Assembly (NCBI GenBank): GCA_963666735.1
Contig: OY762926.1
Coordinates: 3,296,001 to 3,360,000, forward strand
DNA: 64,000 nt
DNA from: Gemmatimonadota bacterium
GTDB taxonomy: Bacteria > Gemmatimonadota > Gemmatimonadetes > Palauibacterales > Palauibacteraceae
Reading direction: 5' to 3'
A program made the position numbers and the translations under genes. Under the pieces are notes generated by a model. That model saw nothing but the letters and a program-made list of their open reading frames with translations, was not told where the DNA came from and did not search any database. Below, piece after piece: positions 49,594-59,388 of this stretch (position 1 is its first letter; every line of letters starts with the position of its first letter).

Positions 49594-50844
49594 ATGCACG
49601 ACACGCCGGAGCCGGGACCGGAATCGAACACCGTCCACCGCCGCGACCTCCTCCGCTGGCTCGCCGCGAGCCCTCTGCTGGGGGCGCTCGCGGGCTGCGA
49701 CCTGGGCGTGGTCGGTCGGGCGCTCGCCCAGGAGGCGCCGGCGCGGTCGCTCGACGACCTCGTCGCGTCGGCGCAGGAGGCCCTCGATGTGTTCGACCTC
49801 GAGAAGGTGGCCGCGCAAACCGTGCCCACGGCGCACTGGGGATACATCAAGACGGGCGTCGACGGAGAGGGCACGCAGGCCAGCAACCGTGCCTCGCTGG
49901 AGCGGATCTACCTCCGCGCGCGCCGCCTGGTGGACGTCTCCAACCTCGACATGCGCGTCTCGATCTTCGGGCGGGAGTGGCCGACGCCGCTCATGATCGC
50001 GCCGGCGGGAAGCCAGGGCGCCTTCCACCGCGACGGCGAGCTGGCCACCGCGCGGGCGGCCGCGGCCCGAAACCACCTGCAGACGCTCTCATCGGTGAGT
50101 TCGACGGGAGTCGAGGCGGTGAACGAAGCGCGGGGCGAGCCGGTCTGGTACCAGCTCTACGCGCCCCGCCACTGGAACGCGACCGCCGGCCTGATCAACC
50201 GGGTGCGCGAGGCCGGCTGTCCCGTGATCGTACTCACCGTCGATCTCCTCGGCGGGAGCAACCGGCTCACCCTGCGGCGCTGGGAGCGCATCGACGACCG
50301 CAACTGCGACACCTGTCACCGGAGCGGCGGACGGGCGGATCCCGTGAAGCCGATGTACGAGGGGCTGCCCGAGGGCCCGCCCGACAGCGGCGGCCCCTCC
50401 ATGACGTGGGACTACGTGCACCGCCTGCGCGACATCACGGATCAGCGGATCGTCGTGAAGGGCCTCGTGACGCGCGAGGATGCGGAACTCGCCCTGGAAC
50501 ACGGCGTGGACGGCATCTGGGTCTCGAACCACGGCGGCCGCGCGGAAGGGAGCGGCCGTGCGACGATCGATGCGCTGCCCGAGGTCGTGGAGGTGGCCGG
50601 CGGCGAGGTTCCGATCATCGTCGATGGGGGCTTCCGCCGGGGGACCGACATCTTCAAGGGTCTCGCCCGCGGCGCCACCGCGGTCGCGATCGGGCGTCCC
50701 TACCTGTGGGGACTCGGGGCCTTCGGCCAGGCGGGCGTCGAGCGGGTGCTGGAAATCCTGATCGAGGAACTGCGCATCACGATGGGCGCCGCCGGGACGC
50801 CCTCACTCGCCGACATCGGCCCCCACTCCATCGGCGTCGACTGA
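49594..50844 (+). CDS. FMN-dependent alpha-hydroxy acid oxidase/dehydrogenase, Tat lipoprotein, with CxxCH insertion
   Basis: HRRDLL...LAGC; WYQLY, LTVD, VSNHGGR, DGGFRRGTD; CDTCH at 50305-50319. Confidence 0.88.
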   Translation: MHDTPEPGPESNTVHRRDLLRWLAASPLLGALAGCDLGVVGRALAQEAPARSLDDLVASAQEALDVFDLEKVAAQTVPTAHWGYIKTGVDGEGTQASNRASLERIYLRARRLVDVSNLDMRVSIFGREWPTPLMIAPAGSQGAFHRDGELATARAAAARNHLQTLSSVSSTGVEAVNEARGEPVWYQLYAPRHWNATAGLINRVREAGCPVIVLTVDLLGGSNRLTLRRWERIDDRNCDTCHRSGGRADPVKPMYEGLPEGPPDSGGPSMTWDYVHRLRDITDQRIVVKGLVTREDAELALEHGVDGIWVSNHGGRAEGSGRATIDALPEVVEVAGGEVPIIVDGGFRRGTDIFKGLARGATAVAIGRPYLWGLGAFGQAGVERVLEILIEELRITMGAAGTPSLADIGPHSIGVD

Positions 50845-50852
50845 CGACGGGA

Positions 50853-50868
50853 CGTTCCCGCGGGAACG
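50853..50868. repeat. 16-bp palindrome, copy 2
   Basis: CGTTCCCGCGGGAACG; 50848-50869 is the exact reverse complement of 40141-40162. Confidence 0.8.
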
Positions 50869-50938
50869 CGGCACGGAGGTCGTAACGGTTACGGGGACGA
50901 TCACGCCGGCACGGCGCTGTCCGTAGCCGAAGGGGTCG

Positions 50939-51406
50939 TCAGACGAGTCCGAAGAAGTTCAGGATGAATCCGATCGTGATGGGGATGATGGGCAGCAGCG
51001 TGACGCCGGCCGCGATGGTCACGCCCGCCCGGAAGAGGAGGGGGCCGGCCGGCAGGAGCCGTCCGCCGAACAGCTTCTGGAGGGCGATCTCGGCCACCGG
51101 ACCCAACGTATAGCACACATTCGCCCACACGGCCCACCAGATCGCCATGCGGACCATGTCGACCGGTTGAAGGGTCGCGACCACCGCCGTGAGCGCCGCC
51201 CCGAACGTCATCGTCACGAGTCCGGTGGCGCCGACGATGAGGTTGTAGGGGAGCCGGCGCTTCTCCCACCAGCCGATCATCGCCCCGACGCGGCGCTCCG
51301 CCGGCTCGGGGTAGAGGAAATCGGCGAGGAAGGTGCCTCCGGGAACGATGCCCCGGGCCAACTCGCCGCCGGGGGTGGGGTCTGTCAGAGTGTCGTGGTT
51401 CGTCAC
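50939..51406 (-). CDS. Small membrane protein
   Basis: WWEKRRLPYNLIVG, ANVCYTLG, about three TM segments; GTG 51406 chosen because upstream lies in the MITE. Confidence 0.7.
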   Translation of the reverse strand: MTNHDTLTDPTPGGELARGIVPGGTFLADFLYPEPAERRVGAMIGWWEKRRLPYNLIVGATGLVTMTFGAALTAVVATLQPVDMVRMAIWWAVWANVCYTLGPVAEIALQKLFGGRLLPAGPLLFRAGVTIAAGVTLLPIIPITIGFILNFFGLV

Positions 51407-51415
51407 GGGCTCACC

Positions 51416-51578
51416 AGTGTGGTGTCGCAGAAATTCCACGGCCATTCGAGCGCCGATGCATCCGCCCCTGCGGCGTTGCTCCTCCTCGCAATAGCTCTGC
51501 TATTCCTCGTCGGAGCGCCTTGCAGTACTCGGCGCCTCGACGCTCTCGGTGGCTCGCGGACTTCTGCGACACCACACT
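51416..51578. mobile_element. MITE-like non-autonomous element, 163 bp
   Basis: Perfect 17-bp terminal inverted repeats AGTGTGGTGTCGCAGAA / TTCTGCGACACCACACT, imperfect pairing continuing inward, internal hairpin. Confidence 0.7.
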
Positions 51579-51652
51579 AAGCGGGACCGGCTCGGTTCGA
51601 CCTGGTCACACCGTCATACGGTTTCGCGCGCTCCGGGTTCCGTGGAGCCTTC

Positions 51653-51681
51653 GCTCCGGGGGCCACGGCGACCCCCGGAGC
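51653..51681. terminator. Hairpin downstream of the LVIVD gene
   Basis: GCTCCGGGGG / CCCCCGGAGC 10-bp stem; no clear U-tract. Confidence 0.5.
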
Positions 51682-51699
51682 TTGCAGCGACGGGCGCGG

Positions 51700-53562
51700 T
51701 CAGCGCAGCGAGGCCGCCAGGCCGCGGATCGCGTCGGCCAGCAGCGCCAGGCGCCGGGCATCTCCCGGCCCCGCCGCGTTGGCGGCGCGGCGCGCATCCT
51801 CGTCGAGTTCGGCCGCCACGGCGTTCAGTTCGTCGAGCGTGGCGCTTTGCTCGGCGCCCGACTGGCTCTCCGCCGTGTCGAGCAGCGCCGCCACGCGCTC
51901 TCCGCGCTCGGTGTTGATGCCGCTGTCGCGCTGCATCTGGATCAGATAGGAACGCGCCACCGCGAAGCTCGCGGGCCAGTCGTAGCGCTCCTGGTTCTGG
52001 ACGTTGGAGTCGCCGACCATCACCGACATCGCCGCGTCGATCTCCGCCTGCGACAGGTGCTCGCTGGCCGCGAGCTGGAACACGTCCACGCCCCGCGCGA
52101 TTTCCGCGCCGTAGATCGAACCGTTGTGCCAGTACGCCGACCAGTAGCCGCCGCTCAGCATCTCCACCGCGTCGAGCGGGCCGCGGTCGAAGTAGGCGAT
52201 CTCGAACGGATTCTCCGGGTCGGTGAAGTCGAAGATCGAGAGGCCGCCCTGGTACCAGCCCTGGACCATGATGTCGCGGCCGGGCACCGGGATCATGGAA
52301 CCGTTGTGGGCTACGCAGTTCTCCTGCTCCGTCTGCGGCACCGGCAGCTTGTAGTAGCCCGCCAGCTCCATCTTGCGGTCGCGGATCGTGAAGATCGCGT
52401 TGGCGCCCCACGTCTCCGGATCGGAGCCGCGGCAGCGAGGCGCTCCGCCGCCGCCCCACTCGTCCGTGAACACGATCGCCGTACCGTCGTTGTTGAAGGT
52501 CGCCGAATGCCAGTAGGCGAAGTTGGGATCGACGACCTGGTCGATGCGCACCGGGTTCTCGGGGTCGGAGATGTCCAGCAGGATGCCGTTCCCCGAGCAG
52601 GCTCCGGCGGCGAGTCCCAGATCGGAGCGGACCGTGATGTCGTGGCACTGGTTCGTGCGGCGGGATGACTGCGAGCCCTCGCCGTGGTCGCCTCCCGCCC
52701 ACAGGCCGGCGATCTCCCCCGTCTCGGGGTCGGCGAAGATGCGCGGCATGTTCACGACCGCGGCATTCTCCGGCGCGTCCACCGGTACTTCGATGATCTC
52801 GATCCGGAACAGCGCCGTGTTCTCGTCCTCCTCGACCGGGAGGCCGGAGCAGCCCTCGAGTTCGCTGCCCGAACGCACGCGCCCCGTGCCCGAAACGTAG
52901 ATGTACACGCGGGAGTCATCGCTCGGGTCCGTGACGAGCGTGTGCGTGTGGGAGCCGCGGCAGGTCTGCACGGTCTTCACCTGGCGCGGATTCCCGACGT
53001 CGGAGATGTCGAAGATCCGGATCCCCTGCAGGCGAACGGTGCTCACGCTGTCCTGCACCCCTTCCGTGCCGCAGTCGAGCCGGGCCGATGTCTGCTGGAC
53101 CGACATGAAGAGAAGGTTCTCGTGCACGCTGACGTCACCCTGCCCGCCGGGACACACGACCGCGACGACGAGTTCCGGCTGGGCGGGATCCGAGGCGTCG
53201 AACACCTGGAAACCCCAGTAGCTGCCCTGGAAGACGAGGTCTCCCTGGAAGGCCAGGTCCGAGTTCGTGGGGCCGCGCCCGCCGGCCTCGTCGGTCAGGA
53301 AGGGATCGGGCTTCGGGAGGCTGATCAGCCGCTCGAGGTTGCCGATCGCCATGCCCGCATCGTGGAGGCCCGGCGCGAGCCCGATGCGCGGATCGTCCGG
53401 GTCCCATTCCCACACGGCCTCCGGAGGGGGCGGCGGCGGGTCCTGGGCCGCCAGCGAGCCCGCGCCGCCCAGCCAGCCGTACGCCAGCACCGCCAGCGCC
53501 GGCAACACGGCCGCCAGACGGCCAATTCGCGGCCAGACTGTCGAAATCTCTCTGCGTGACAT
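51700..53562 (-). CDS. Secreted LVIVD-repeat beta-propeller protein
   Basis: NSDLAF, CPGGQGDVSV, CRGSHTHT, CHDITV, WHSATF, NCVAHN. Confidence 0.8.
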   Translation of the reverse strand: MSRREISTVWPRIGRLAAVLPALAVLAYGWLGGAGSLAAQDPPPPPPEAVWEWDPDDPRIGLAPGLHDAGMAIGNLERLISLPKPDPFLTDEAGGRGPTNSDLAFQGDLVFQGSYWGFQVFDASDPAQPELVVAVVCPGGQGDVSVHENLLFMSVQQTSARLDCGTEGVQDSVSTVRLQGIRIFDISDVGNPRQVKTVQTCRGSHTHTLVTDPSDDSRVYIYVSGTGRVRSGSELEGCSGLPVEEDENTALFRIEIIEVPVDAPENAAVVNMPRIFADPETGEIAGLWAGGDHGEGSQSSRRTNQCHDITVRSDLGLAAGACSGNGILLDISDPENPVRIDQVVDPNFAYWHSATFNNDGTAIVFTDEWGGGGAPRCRGSDPETWGANAIFTIRDRKMELAGYYKLPVPQTEQENCVAHNGSMIPVPGRDIMVQGWYQGGLSIFDFTDPENPFEIAYFDRGPLDAVEMLSGGYWSAYWHNGSIYGAEIARGVDVFQLAASEHLSQAEIDAAMSVMVGDSNVQNQERYDWPASFAVARSYLIQMQRDSGINTERGERVAALLDTAESQSGAEQSATLDELNAVAAELDEDARRAANAAGPGDARRLALLADAIRGLAASLR

Positions 53563-53616
53563 CTTCCTACCTCCCGTGAAACGCCAATAGGCGGCGAATG
53601 AGCGGTGAACGAGCGG

Positions 53617-54297
53617 TCATGGAATCTCGTTCAACAGGTCCCGCATGCGCAGGATCTCCATGTCCTGGTCCGCGTCCACATCCGCCGCGAACCGAAAAAT
53701 CTCCGTCTCCTGACCTCCGCCCGGACTCCCGAACAACTCGGCCACCATCATCAGGGCCCCCTGATGATGCTTGATCATGCCTTCGAGGAAGAGCCGGTCG
53801 AACTCGGAACCCCGCGCCGCGGCGAGCGCGGCCATCTCCTCGCGAGACAGCATCCCCGGCATGAGTTCCCCCTCGCCGAGCCGGTGCGCGTGTCCGGCCC
53901 CCATCATCGGAGCCGTCTCGCCCCGCCGCTCGAGCCAGCTGGTCATCCACGCGATCTCGTCTCGCTGGGAGATCTCGATCCGCAGTCCGAGGAGCCGCAG
54001 ACCTTCGTGATCCGTCCGCTCCGGAATGAGCGCGGCCATCTCCAGCGCCTGGGCGTGATGCGGGATCATCCCCCGCATGAAGCGCACGTCCGCCGGGGTG
54101 TGCGTGACGTGATCGAGGGAAGCCGCTTCCTCCACCGTCAGCACGCGCGTGGCCTCGCCGGGGGCGCCGGGCTGGACCGTCCGCACCTCTCCCTCGCTCG
54201 CGTCGCCGCCGCCGCACGCGGCAAGCGCCAGGAGCAGGAATCCGATCCCGTGGGCGCGCTTCTTTGCCAGGGTCCTCCGTCCGTCGGACGCCAGCAA
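53617..54297 (-). CDS. DUF305 ferritin-like lipoprotein
   Basis: FMRGMIPHHAQA, FLEGMIKHHQGA; lipobox LAAC; start uncertain. Confidence 0.85.
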   Translation of the reverse strand: MLASDGRRTLAKKRAHGIGFLLLALAACGGGDASEGEVRTVQPGAPGEATRVLTVEEAASLDHVTHTPADVRFMRGMIPHHAQALEMAALIPERTDHEGLRLLGLRIEISQRDEIAWMTSWLERRGETAPMMGAGHAHRLGEGELMPGMLSREEMAALAAARGSEFDRLFLEGMIKHHQGALMMVAELFGSPGGGQETEIFRFAADVDADQDMEILRMRDLLNEIP

Positions 54298-55950
54298 CTA
54301 GCCTTCGTCCTCTGTTGCGAGTTCGGCCTTCGCCGCCCGCACCATCTCCCGCACGTCGGCCAGCAGTTGCTTCGCATCGTAAACGATCCCGTCCTTGATC
54401 GTGTACTTGATGCCGCCGACGCGCTCGGTCTCGCCCGTCTCGTCATTGAGCTTCACCGCGCCGGTTCCGTACAGGACCTTCAGGTTCTGCAGCGGGTTCT
54501 CCTCGACGACCACGAAATCCGCCTTGAGCCCGGGGCGGATCATCCCGAAGTCGGGCGGGAGTCCCTTGGGATCGTTCAGTTCCTGCGCCCCGTGCAGGGT
54601 GGCCGAGCGGATGACCTCCACCGGGTGGAACCCGGCCTCGCGCAGCAGCTCGAACTCCCGGATGTAGTCGAAGCCGTACAGCTTGTAGATGAAGCCCGAG
54701 TCCGAGCCCGTCGTCACGCGTCCGCCGCGGTTCTTGTACTCGTTGAGGAACTGCATCCACACCCTGTAGAAGTTCCGCCACGCGACCTCGTCCTCCGTCC
54801 CCCAGTAGAACCAGTACGAGCCGTGCGCGGCGCGGCTCGGCTGATAGAACTCCCACTGGCTGGGGAGCGTGTACTCCTCGTGCCAGTCCGCGTTGCGGGC
54901 GGCCATCACGTCCCGGCTCGCCTCGTAGATCGTCATCGTCGGATCGAGCCCGAACCCGAGTTCGAGGAAGCGTTCCTGGAGCGCGTTCCAGCTGTCCGAG
55001 CCGGGCCCGTCGACCTGATCCCAGAGCCGGGCCACGTTGCCGAAGCGGTGCTGCTCGTTCTGGTAGTTGTAGTCCAGCGGCCAGTCCTGGACGCTGTAGT
55101 CGGACAGCATCGACTCGAACAGGCCGTAGTAGTGGGTCATCATGTCGAGCCCGATCTCCGCCGCGTCGAGCGCCGTCATCCGGCCCACGCCCATCTGTCC
55201 GAGGTGAGCCACGGTGCCGAGCCCGTGCCGGTGCGCCTCATCGATGAGCGCCTCCATGATCGGCGGGTCGTAGGAGCCCAGCTTGAGTCCGTCGACCGTC
55301 TGACCCTCCACCTCCTGCGCCGCGGCCCAGCGCACCCACTCCCGCGCCTTCTCCGGCGAGTCCACGGATCCCTGGTCCCATGCCTCGCCGGGCCGCACGT
55401 ACGTGTACATGCGCGGCGCGACGATCTCGTTTCGGGCGGCCTTCGCCTTCTCTTCGAGCGACCACATCATCGGCCCGTGGCCCACGCCGCGGGAGGTCGT
55501 GATCCCGTGCCCCATCCACAGCTTGTAGACGTATTCGGGCTGCGGCGCCTTGGGGACGCCGCCGGTGTGCGCGTGCATGTCGACGAAGCCGGGCATGACG
55601 AAGTGCCCGGAGAGGTCGATCTCGTGCACGTTCGCGTCCGGGTTGTCGTCGACCGCCAGATCGGGCCGGCGCTCCTCGTTGATGTCGAGCCCCGGGAAGC
55701 CGACGGTGCTGACGGAGGCGATGCGGTCGCCCTCGATGACGATGTCCACGGGGCCCTGGGGCGGTGCGCCCGTTCCATCGATGATCGTGACGCCGCGGAG
55801 AATCAGGCGGTCGTAGGGACCGTCGCCCTCGTCGTCGCCGCGTGGAGTCGTTTCGGGGCGCCCGTCCTGCGCGCTCAGAGACCCCGCGCCGAGGAGAAAG
55901 ACGCCGGCCACCGCAAGGGCACGGCGGCAATACGATTTCGTTCTCATCAT
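54298..55950 (-). CDS. Secreted amidohydrolase family protein
   Basis: Signal peptide LSA-Q; MPGFVDMHAH, GSDSG, SATLHGA. Confidence 0.85.
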   Translation of the reverse strand: MMRTKSYCRRALAVAGVFLLGAGSLSAQDGRPETTPRGDDEGDGPYDRLILRGVTIIDGTGAPPQGPVDIVIEGDRIASVSTVGFPGLDINEERRPDLAVDDNPDANVHEIDLSGHFVMPGFVDMHAHTGGVPKAPQPEYVYKLWMGHGITTSRGVGHGPMMWSLEEKAKAARNEIVAPRMYTYVRPGEAWDQGSVDSPEKAREWVRWAAAQEVEGQTVDGLKLGSYDPPIMEALIDEAHRHGLGTVAHLGQMGVGRMTALDAAEIGLDMMTHYYGLFESMLSDYSVQDWPLDYNYQNEQHRFGNVARLWDQVDGPGSDSWNALQERFLELGFGLDPTMTIYEASRDVMAARNADWHEEYTLPSQWEFYQPSRAAHGSYWFYWGTEDEVAWRNFYRVWMQFLNEYKNRGGRVTTGSDSGFIYKLYGFDYIREFELLREAGFHPVEVIRSATLHGAQELNDPKGLPPDFGMIRPGLKADFVVVEENPLQNLKVLYGTGAVKLNDETGETERVGGIKYTIKDGIVYDAKQLLADVREMVRAAKAELATEDEG

Positions 55951-55987
55951 CTCTCCCTGATCCTCTCCCTGATCGATGCGGCGGCCT

Positions 55988-58213
55988 TCACGTCACGGCC
56001 GCCGCCACCTCGGAAATGTTGCTCTTGCGGAGCAGCTTGATCCTGAACTCCGTGAACTCGCCCGGCTCGCTCTCCACCTCGAGGTCGCCGCCGTGGCCGA
56101 CGACGATGTCGCGGGAGATCGACAGGCCGAGTCCCGTCCCCTGCGTGCCCGACTTCGTCGTGAAGAAGGGTTCGAAGATCTTCTGGACGATCGAGTCCGG
56201 AATACCGGTGCCGTTGTCCCGAATCGACACGATGACGTGGTCTTCGTGGCCTTCCGTCCTGAGTGCGACGGTGGGGGAGTAGTCGGCGCCGTCCTGCTCC
56301 TTGCGCGCGGCCGTGGCGTGGCAGGCGTTGGTCACGATGTTCAGGAAGACCCGGCTCAGGTCGCGGGCGATGCCGGTGACCTCTCCGGCCTCCTCGTCAA
56401 AATCCCGGTCCATCGTCACGTTGAAGGAGGAATCGTTGCCGCGCAGGCCGTGGTAGGCGAGCTTTGCGTACTCATCGAGCAGCAGGTTCACGTCGATGGT
56501 CTCCGCGTCGCCGGCGTCGTCCCGGGAGTGCGCCAGCATTCCCTCGACGATGCGGTCGGCCCGGCCTCCGTGCTCCCGAACCTTGGTCACATTCATGTCG
56601 AGGTCGCCGAGCACCTCCGCGATGAACTCCTGGTCCAGCTCCGCGCTTCCCTCCGCGACCTCCTTCAGCTCCTCGTTCAGTTCTTCGATCAACTCCTTCG
56701 AGAGCACCGCGAAGTTGTTCACGAAGTTGAGCGGATTGCGGATCTCGTGGGCGATCCCCGCCGTGAGGGCGCCGAGCGATGCCAGCTTCTCCTGAGTGAT
56801 GACCTGTTGCTGCGTGCGCTGGAGATCGTCGAGCGTCTCCTCCAGCGCATCGTTCTTCGACTGGACCTCCCGCGCCAGCTTCTCCACCAGGTTCAGCCGC
56901 TGCACCTCGAGGGCGTGCTTGCGAAAGACCTCCAGCGCGTGCGCCATGTCGGTGACCTCGTCGTTGCCTTCGACCTCCACCTTCACTTCGAGGTCGCCCT
57001 CGGACATGCGCCGCGTCGTCTCGAACAGGCTGCTCAGTCGAACGATGAGGGAGCGGCCGAGCGTCTTCCAGGCGATGCGGGCCCCGCCGATCGTGAACAG
57101 GATGACGGCGAGGAGGAACCAGAACCCCAGCCGGACGAGGAACGCGGAGCGGTTCGCCGCCTCCCGGGCGGTGTCCTCGACCCGTTCCATGAGCGTCCGG
57201 ACCCCAAGGTCGAGTTCCGCCGTCGTCTGGCGGTTGCGCTCGAGCAACTCCTCGGCCCGGCCGATCTCGTCGAGTTCCCGCCGCCGGGTCTGAAAGATGC
57301 CGGTGGGGCCTCCGTACAACTCGCTGGGGACGCTCACCGCGTCGGCCAGCGTCTCCCTCAGGAGCGGGCGGATCCTGGGCAGCGTCGCCCGCACATCGCG
57401 GAGGGCGGTCTCCACGCGCTCCTGGTTGGCGAGCAGCAGTTCCGCATCTGTCTCGGTGAAGGCCTGCTGGATGAGCGTGATCGCCTGGTTCTGCGACGCC
57501 TTGAAGTTCAGGAGGCCGTCAAGCTGCTCGATTTCGTCGAGCGCCTGGCGCTGGGAGCCCGGCGCCGGCACGTCGGTCAGCTGGCGGAGCCCGGTGCGGA
57601 TGAAGAAATACTGATCGTCGATCGCCTCCTCGAGCACCAACTGGAGACGGAGTCCGGTCTCCTCGACCACGGCCTCCATTTCCGCGAGGCCGGCGTTGTA
57701 GGCCATCCGGTTATTGACCGACTCGTAGATTTCGTTGATGTTGGCCACCAGGTCTTCGGCCAGACTCGCGACATCCGCATCCATTCCCGCTCCGCCGCCG
57801 ACTTCCCCGACCCAGAACTGGAGGCTGTCCTGTTCCAGCAACACGGCGGCCCGGACATCCTCCAGCACCGCGGGATCGGCGGCGGACAGGAGCTGCGGGG
57901 ATGCCCGCAGGAGCCCCTCGCTGTGCTGGGTCACCCGGTGGCCCGCGAGGAGCGAGGGGATCTGCTCCTGCGTGACCTCGCTCTGTCCCCGCTCCACGAT
58001 GCTCATCAGGAGGAGCGCGAGGAGGATGGCGCTGATCGTCAGCAGCACGCCGCTGCCCAGTACCACGACGATCTGGCTGCCGATGCCGAACCGGCCGCCG
58101 GTCGCCTGCCGGACCCGCGCGCCGAACCCGCCGGGGATCCGGGCCACGATCCACTCGAAGGCGCGGGGGAGGCGCTCGTCGCCCGGCTTCGCCGGCAGGC
58201 CCTCGGTATTCAC
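55988..58213 (-). CDS. Membrane sensor histidine kinase (large helical periplasmic domain, HAMP, HisKA, HATPase)
   Basis: Two TM segments; AHEIRNPL, NIVTNA, DNGTG, FEPFFTTK, GTGLGL. Confidence 0.92.
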   Translation of the reverse strand: MNTEGLPAKPGDERLPRAFEWIVARIPGGFGARVRQATGGRFGIGSQIVVVLGSGVLLTISAILLALLLMSIVERGQSEVTQEQIPSLLAGHRVTQHSEGLLRASPQLLSAADPAVLEDVRAAVLLEQDSLQFWVGEVGGGAGMDADVASLAEDLVANINEIYESVNNRMAYNAGLAEMEAVVEETGLRLQLVLEEAIDDQYFFIRTGLRQLTDVPAPGSQRQALDEIEQLDGLLNFKASQNQAITLIQQAFTETDAELLLANQERVETALRDVRATLPRIRPLLRETLADAVSVPSELYGGPTGIFQTRRRELDEIGRAEELLERNRQTTAELDLGVRTLMERVEDTAREAANRSAFLVRLGFWFLLAVILFTIGGARIAWKTLGRSLIVRLSSLFETTRRMSEGDLEVKVEVEGNDEVTDMAHALEVFRKHALEVQRLNLVEKLAREVQSKNDALEETLDDLQRTQQQVITQEKLASLGALTAGIAHEIRNPLNFVNNFAVLSKELIEELNEELKEVAEGSAELDQEFIAEVLGDLDMNVTKVREHGGRADRIVEGMLAHSRDDAGDAETIDVNLLLDEYAKLAYHGLRGNDSSFNVTMDRDFDEEAGEVTGIARDLSRVFLNIVTNACHATAARKEQDGADYSPTVALRTEGHEDHVIVSIRDNGTGIPDSIVQKIFEPFFTTKSGTQGTGLGLSISRDIVVGHGGDLEVESEPGEFTEFRIKLLRKSNISEVAAAVT

Positions 58214-59388
58214 CGTGAGAGCCGGGTCACCGGAACGAACTCGCCTTCCCGAATCACGGTCATGAACACGAGATCCGAACCCTGGTTGTCTTCCTCCCCG
58301 TATTCGACCACGAAACCGCCGAGGTCGATGGGGCCGGACTCCGCCAGCGTGCGGAGGAAGGACTCCCGCGTGGGACGAACGTCCGGATCTCCCGCGGCCA
58401 GCGTCTCCACGACCAGCCGCCCGGCCAGATAGCCCTCCAGCGATACGAAACCCGGCCGGGCCGAGGGGTCGACCGCCCGCAGCGCGGCCTGATAGCGCGC
58501 CACCACGGGCACGCTCGGGTCGCGGGGGAAGGGCACGACCTGCGTGACGACGACCCCGTTTCCCTCACGGCCCAGCTCGTCGAGGAGGGCGTAGCTGCCG
58601 ACGAAGGAGATGTTAACGAACAGGGCGTCGAGGCCGACCTTTCGCGCCCACCGGATGAAATGCGCCACGGGGATGTACGCCCCGATGATGATGACGGCCT
58701 GGGGGTTGCCGGCCCGGATGTCGAGAAGCCCGCGCTTCACGGCCCGCGTGTTCCGCATGTAGGGGGCCTCGCTGACGAGTTCCATGCCGCGCGCGTCCAT
58801 GGCGCTGCGGACGCCCGTCAGGCCCGCCAGCCCGTAGTTGTCATCCTGGTAGAAGACCGCGATGCGCTCGAAACCGAGGTCCCGCACGAGGCGGTCCACC
58901 ATCGCCTCGGTCTCCTGGCCGTAGGACGCGCGCAAGTTGACCACGTAGCGCTGGTCGGGGCGTCTGAGGAGGCCGGCCCCCGTGAACGCCCCGATGTAGG
59001 GGACGCCCGCGTCGCTCGCGCCGGGCTCCGCGGCGTTGGAGGTGGGCGTGCCGACGGCGCCGATGAGGCCGAACACGCCGAGTTCAATGAGTTCCCGCGT
59101 GTTGGCGACGGCGGCCTCGGGCTCGTAGCCATCGTCGCGGGCGATAAGGCGGAGGGCGCGTCCGCGCACGCCGCCCTCTCGATTCACCTCGTCGAACGCG
59201 GCCCGGATGCCGAGGTTCATGTTGCGGCCCAGTTCGCCCGCGGGCCCCTCGAGGGCCGCGGACTGGCCGAAGACGATGGAATCCGCGTAGACGCCCTCGG
59301 TCGCGGGCTCACCCTGCTGCGGCGCGGCGGGGCCGGGCATGGCGCCGGCGGCGAAGACCGCCGCGAGCGCGAAGGAGTAGCGCCGCAT
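58210..59388 (-). CDS. Periplasmic binding protein, LivJ/Peripla_BP_6 type
   Basis: FGQSAALEGP, DDGYEP, VGTPTS, RASY. Confidence 0.88.
   Translation of the reverse strand: MRRYSFALAAVFAAGAMPGPAAPQQGEPATEGVYADSIVFGQSAALEGPAGELGRNMNLGIRAAFDEVNREGGVRGRALRLIARDDGYEPEAAVANTRELIELGVFGLIGAVGTPTSNAAEPGASDAGVPYIGAFTGAGLLRRPDQRYVVNLRASYGQETEAMVDRLVRDLGFERIAVFYQDDNYGLAGLTGVRSAMDARGMELVSEAPYMRNTRAVKRGLLDIRAGNPQAVIIIGAYIPVAHFIRWARKVGLDALFVNISFVGSYALLDELGREGNGVVVTQVVPFPRDPSVPVVARYQAALRAVDPSARPGFVSLEGYLAGRLVVETLAAGDPDVRPTRESFLRTLAESGPIDLGGFVVEYGEEDNQGSDLVFMTVIREGEFVPVTRLSR

Noticed and set aside
55976..58432. 818-aa plus-strand ORF, and similar long ORFs at 10785, 20600, 48462 and 53605
   Set aside because: Antisense or off-frame shadows of well-supported genes.
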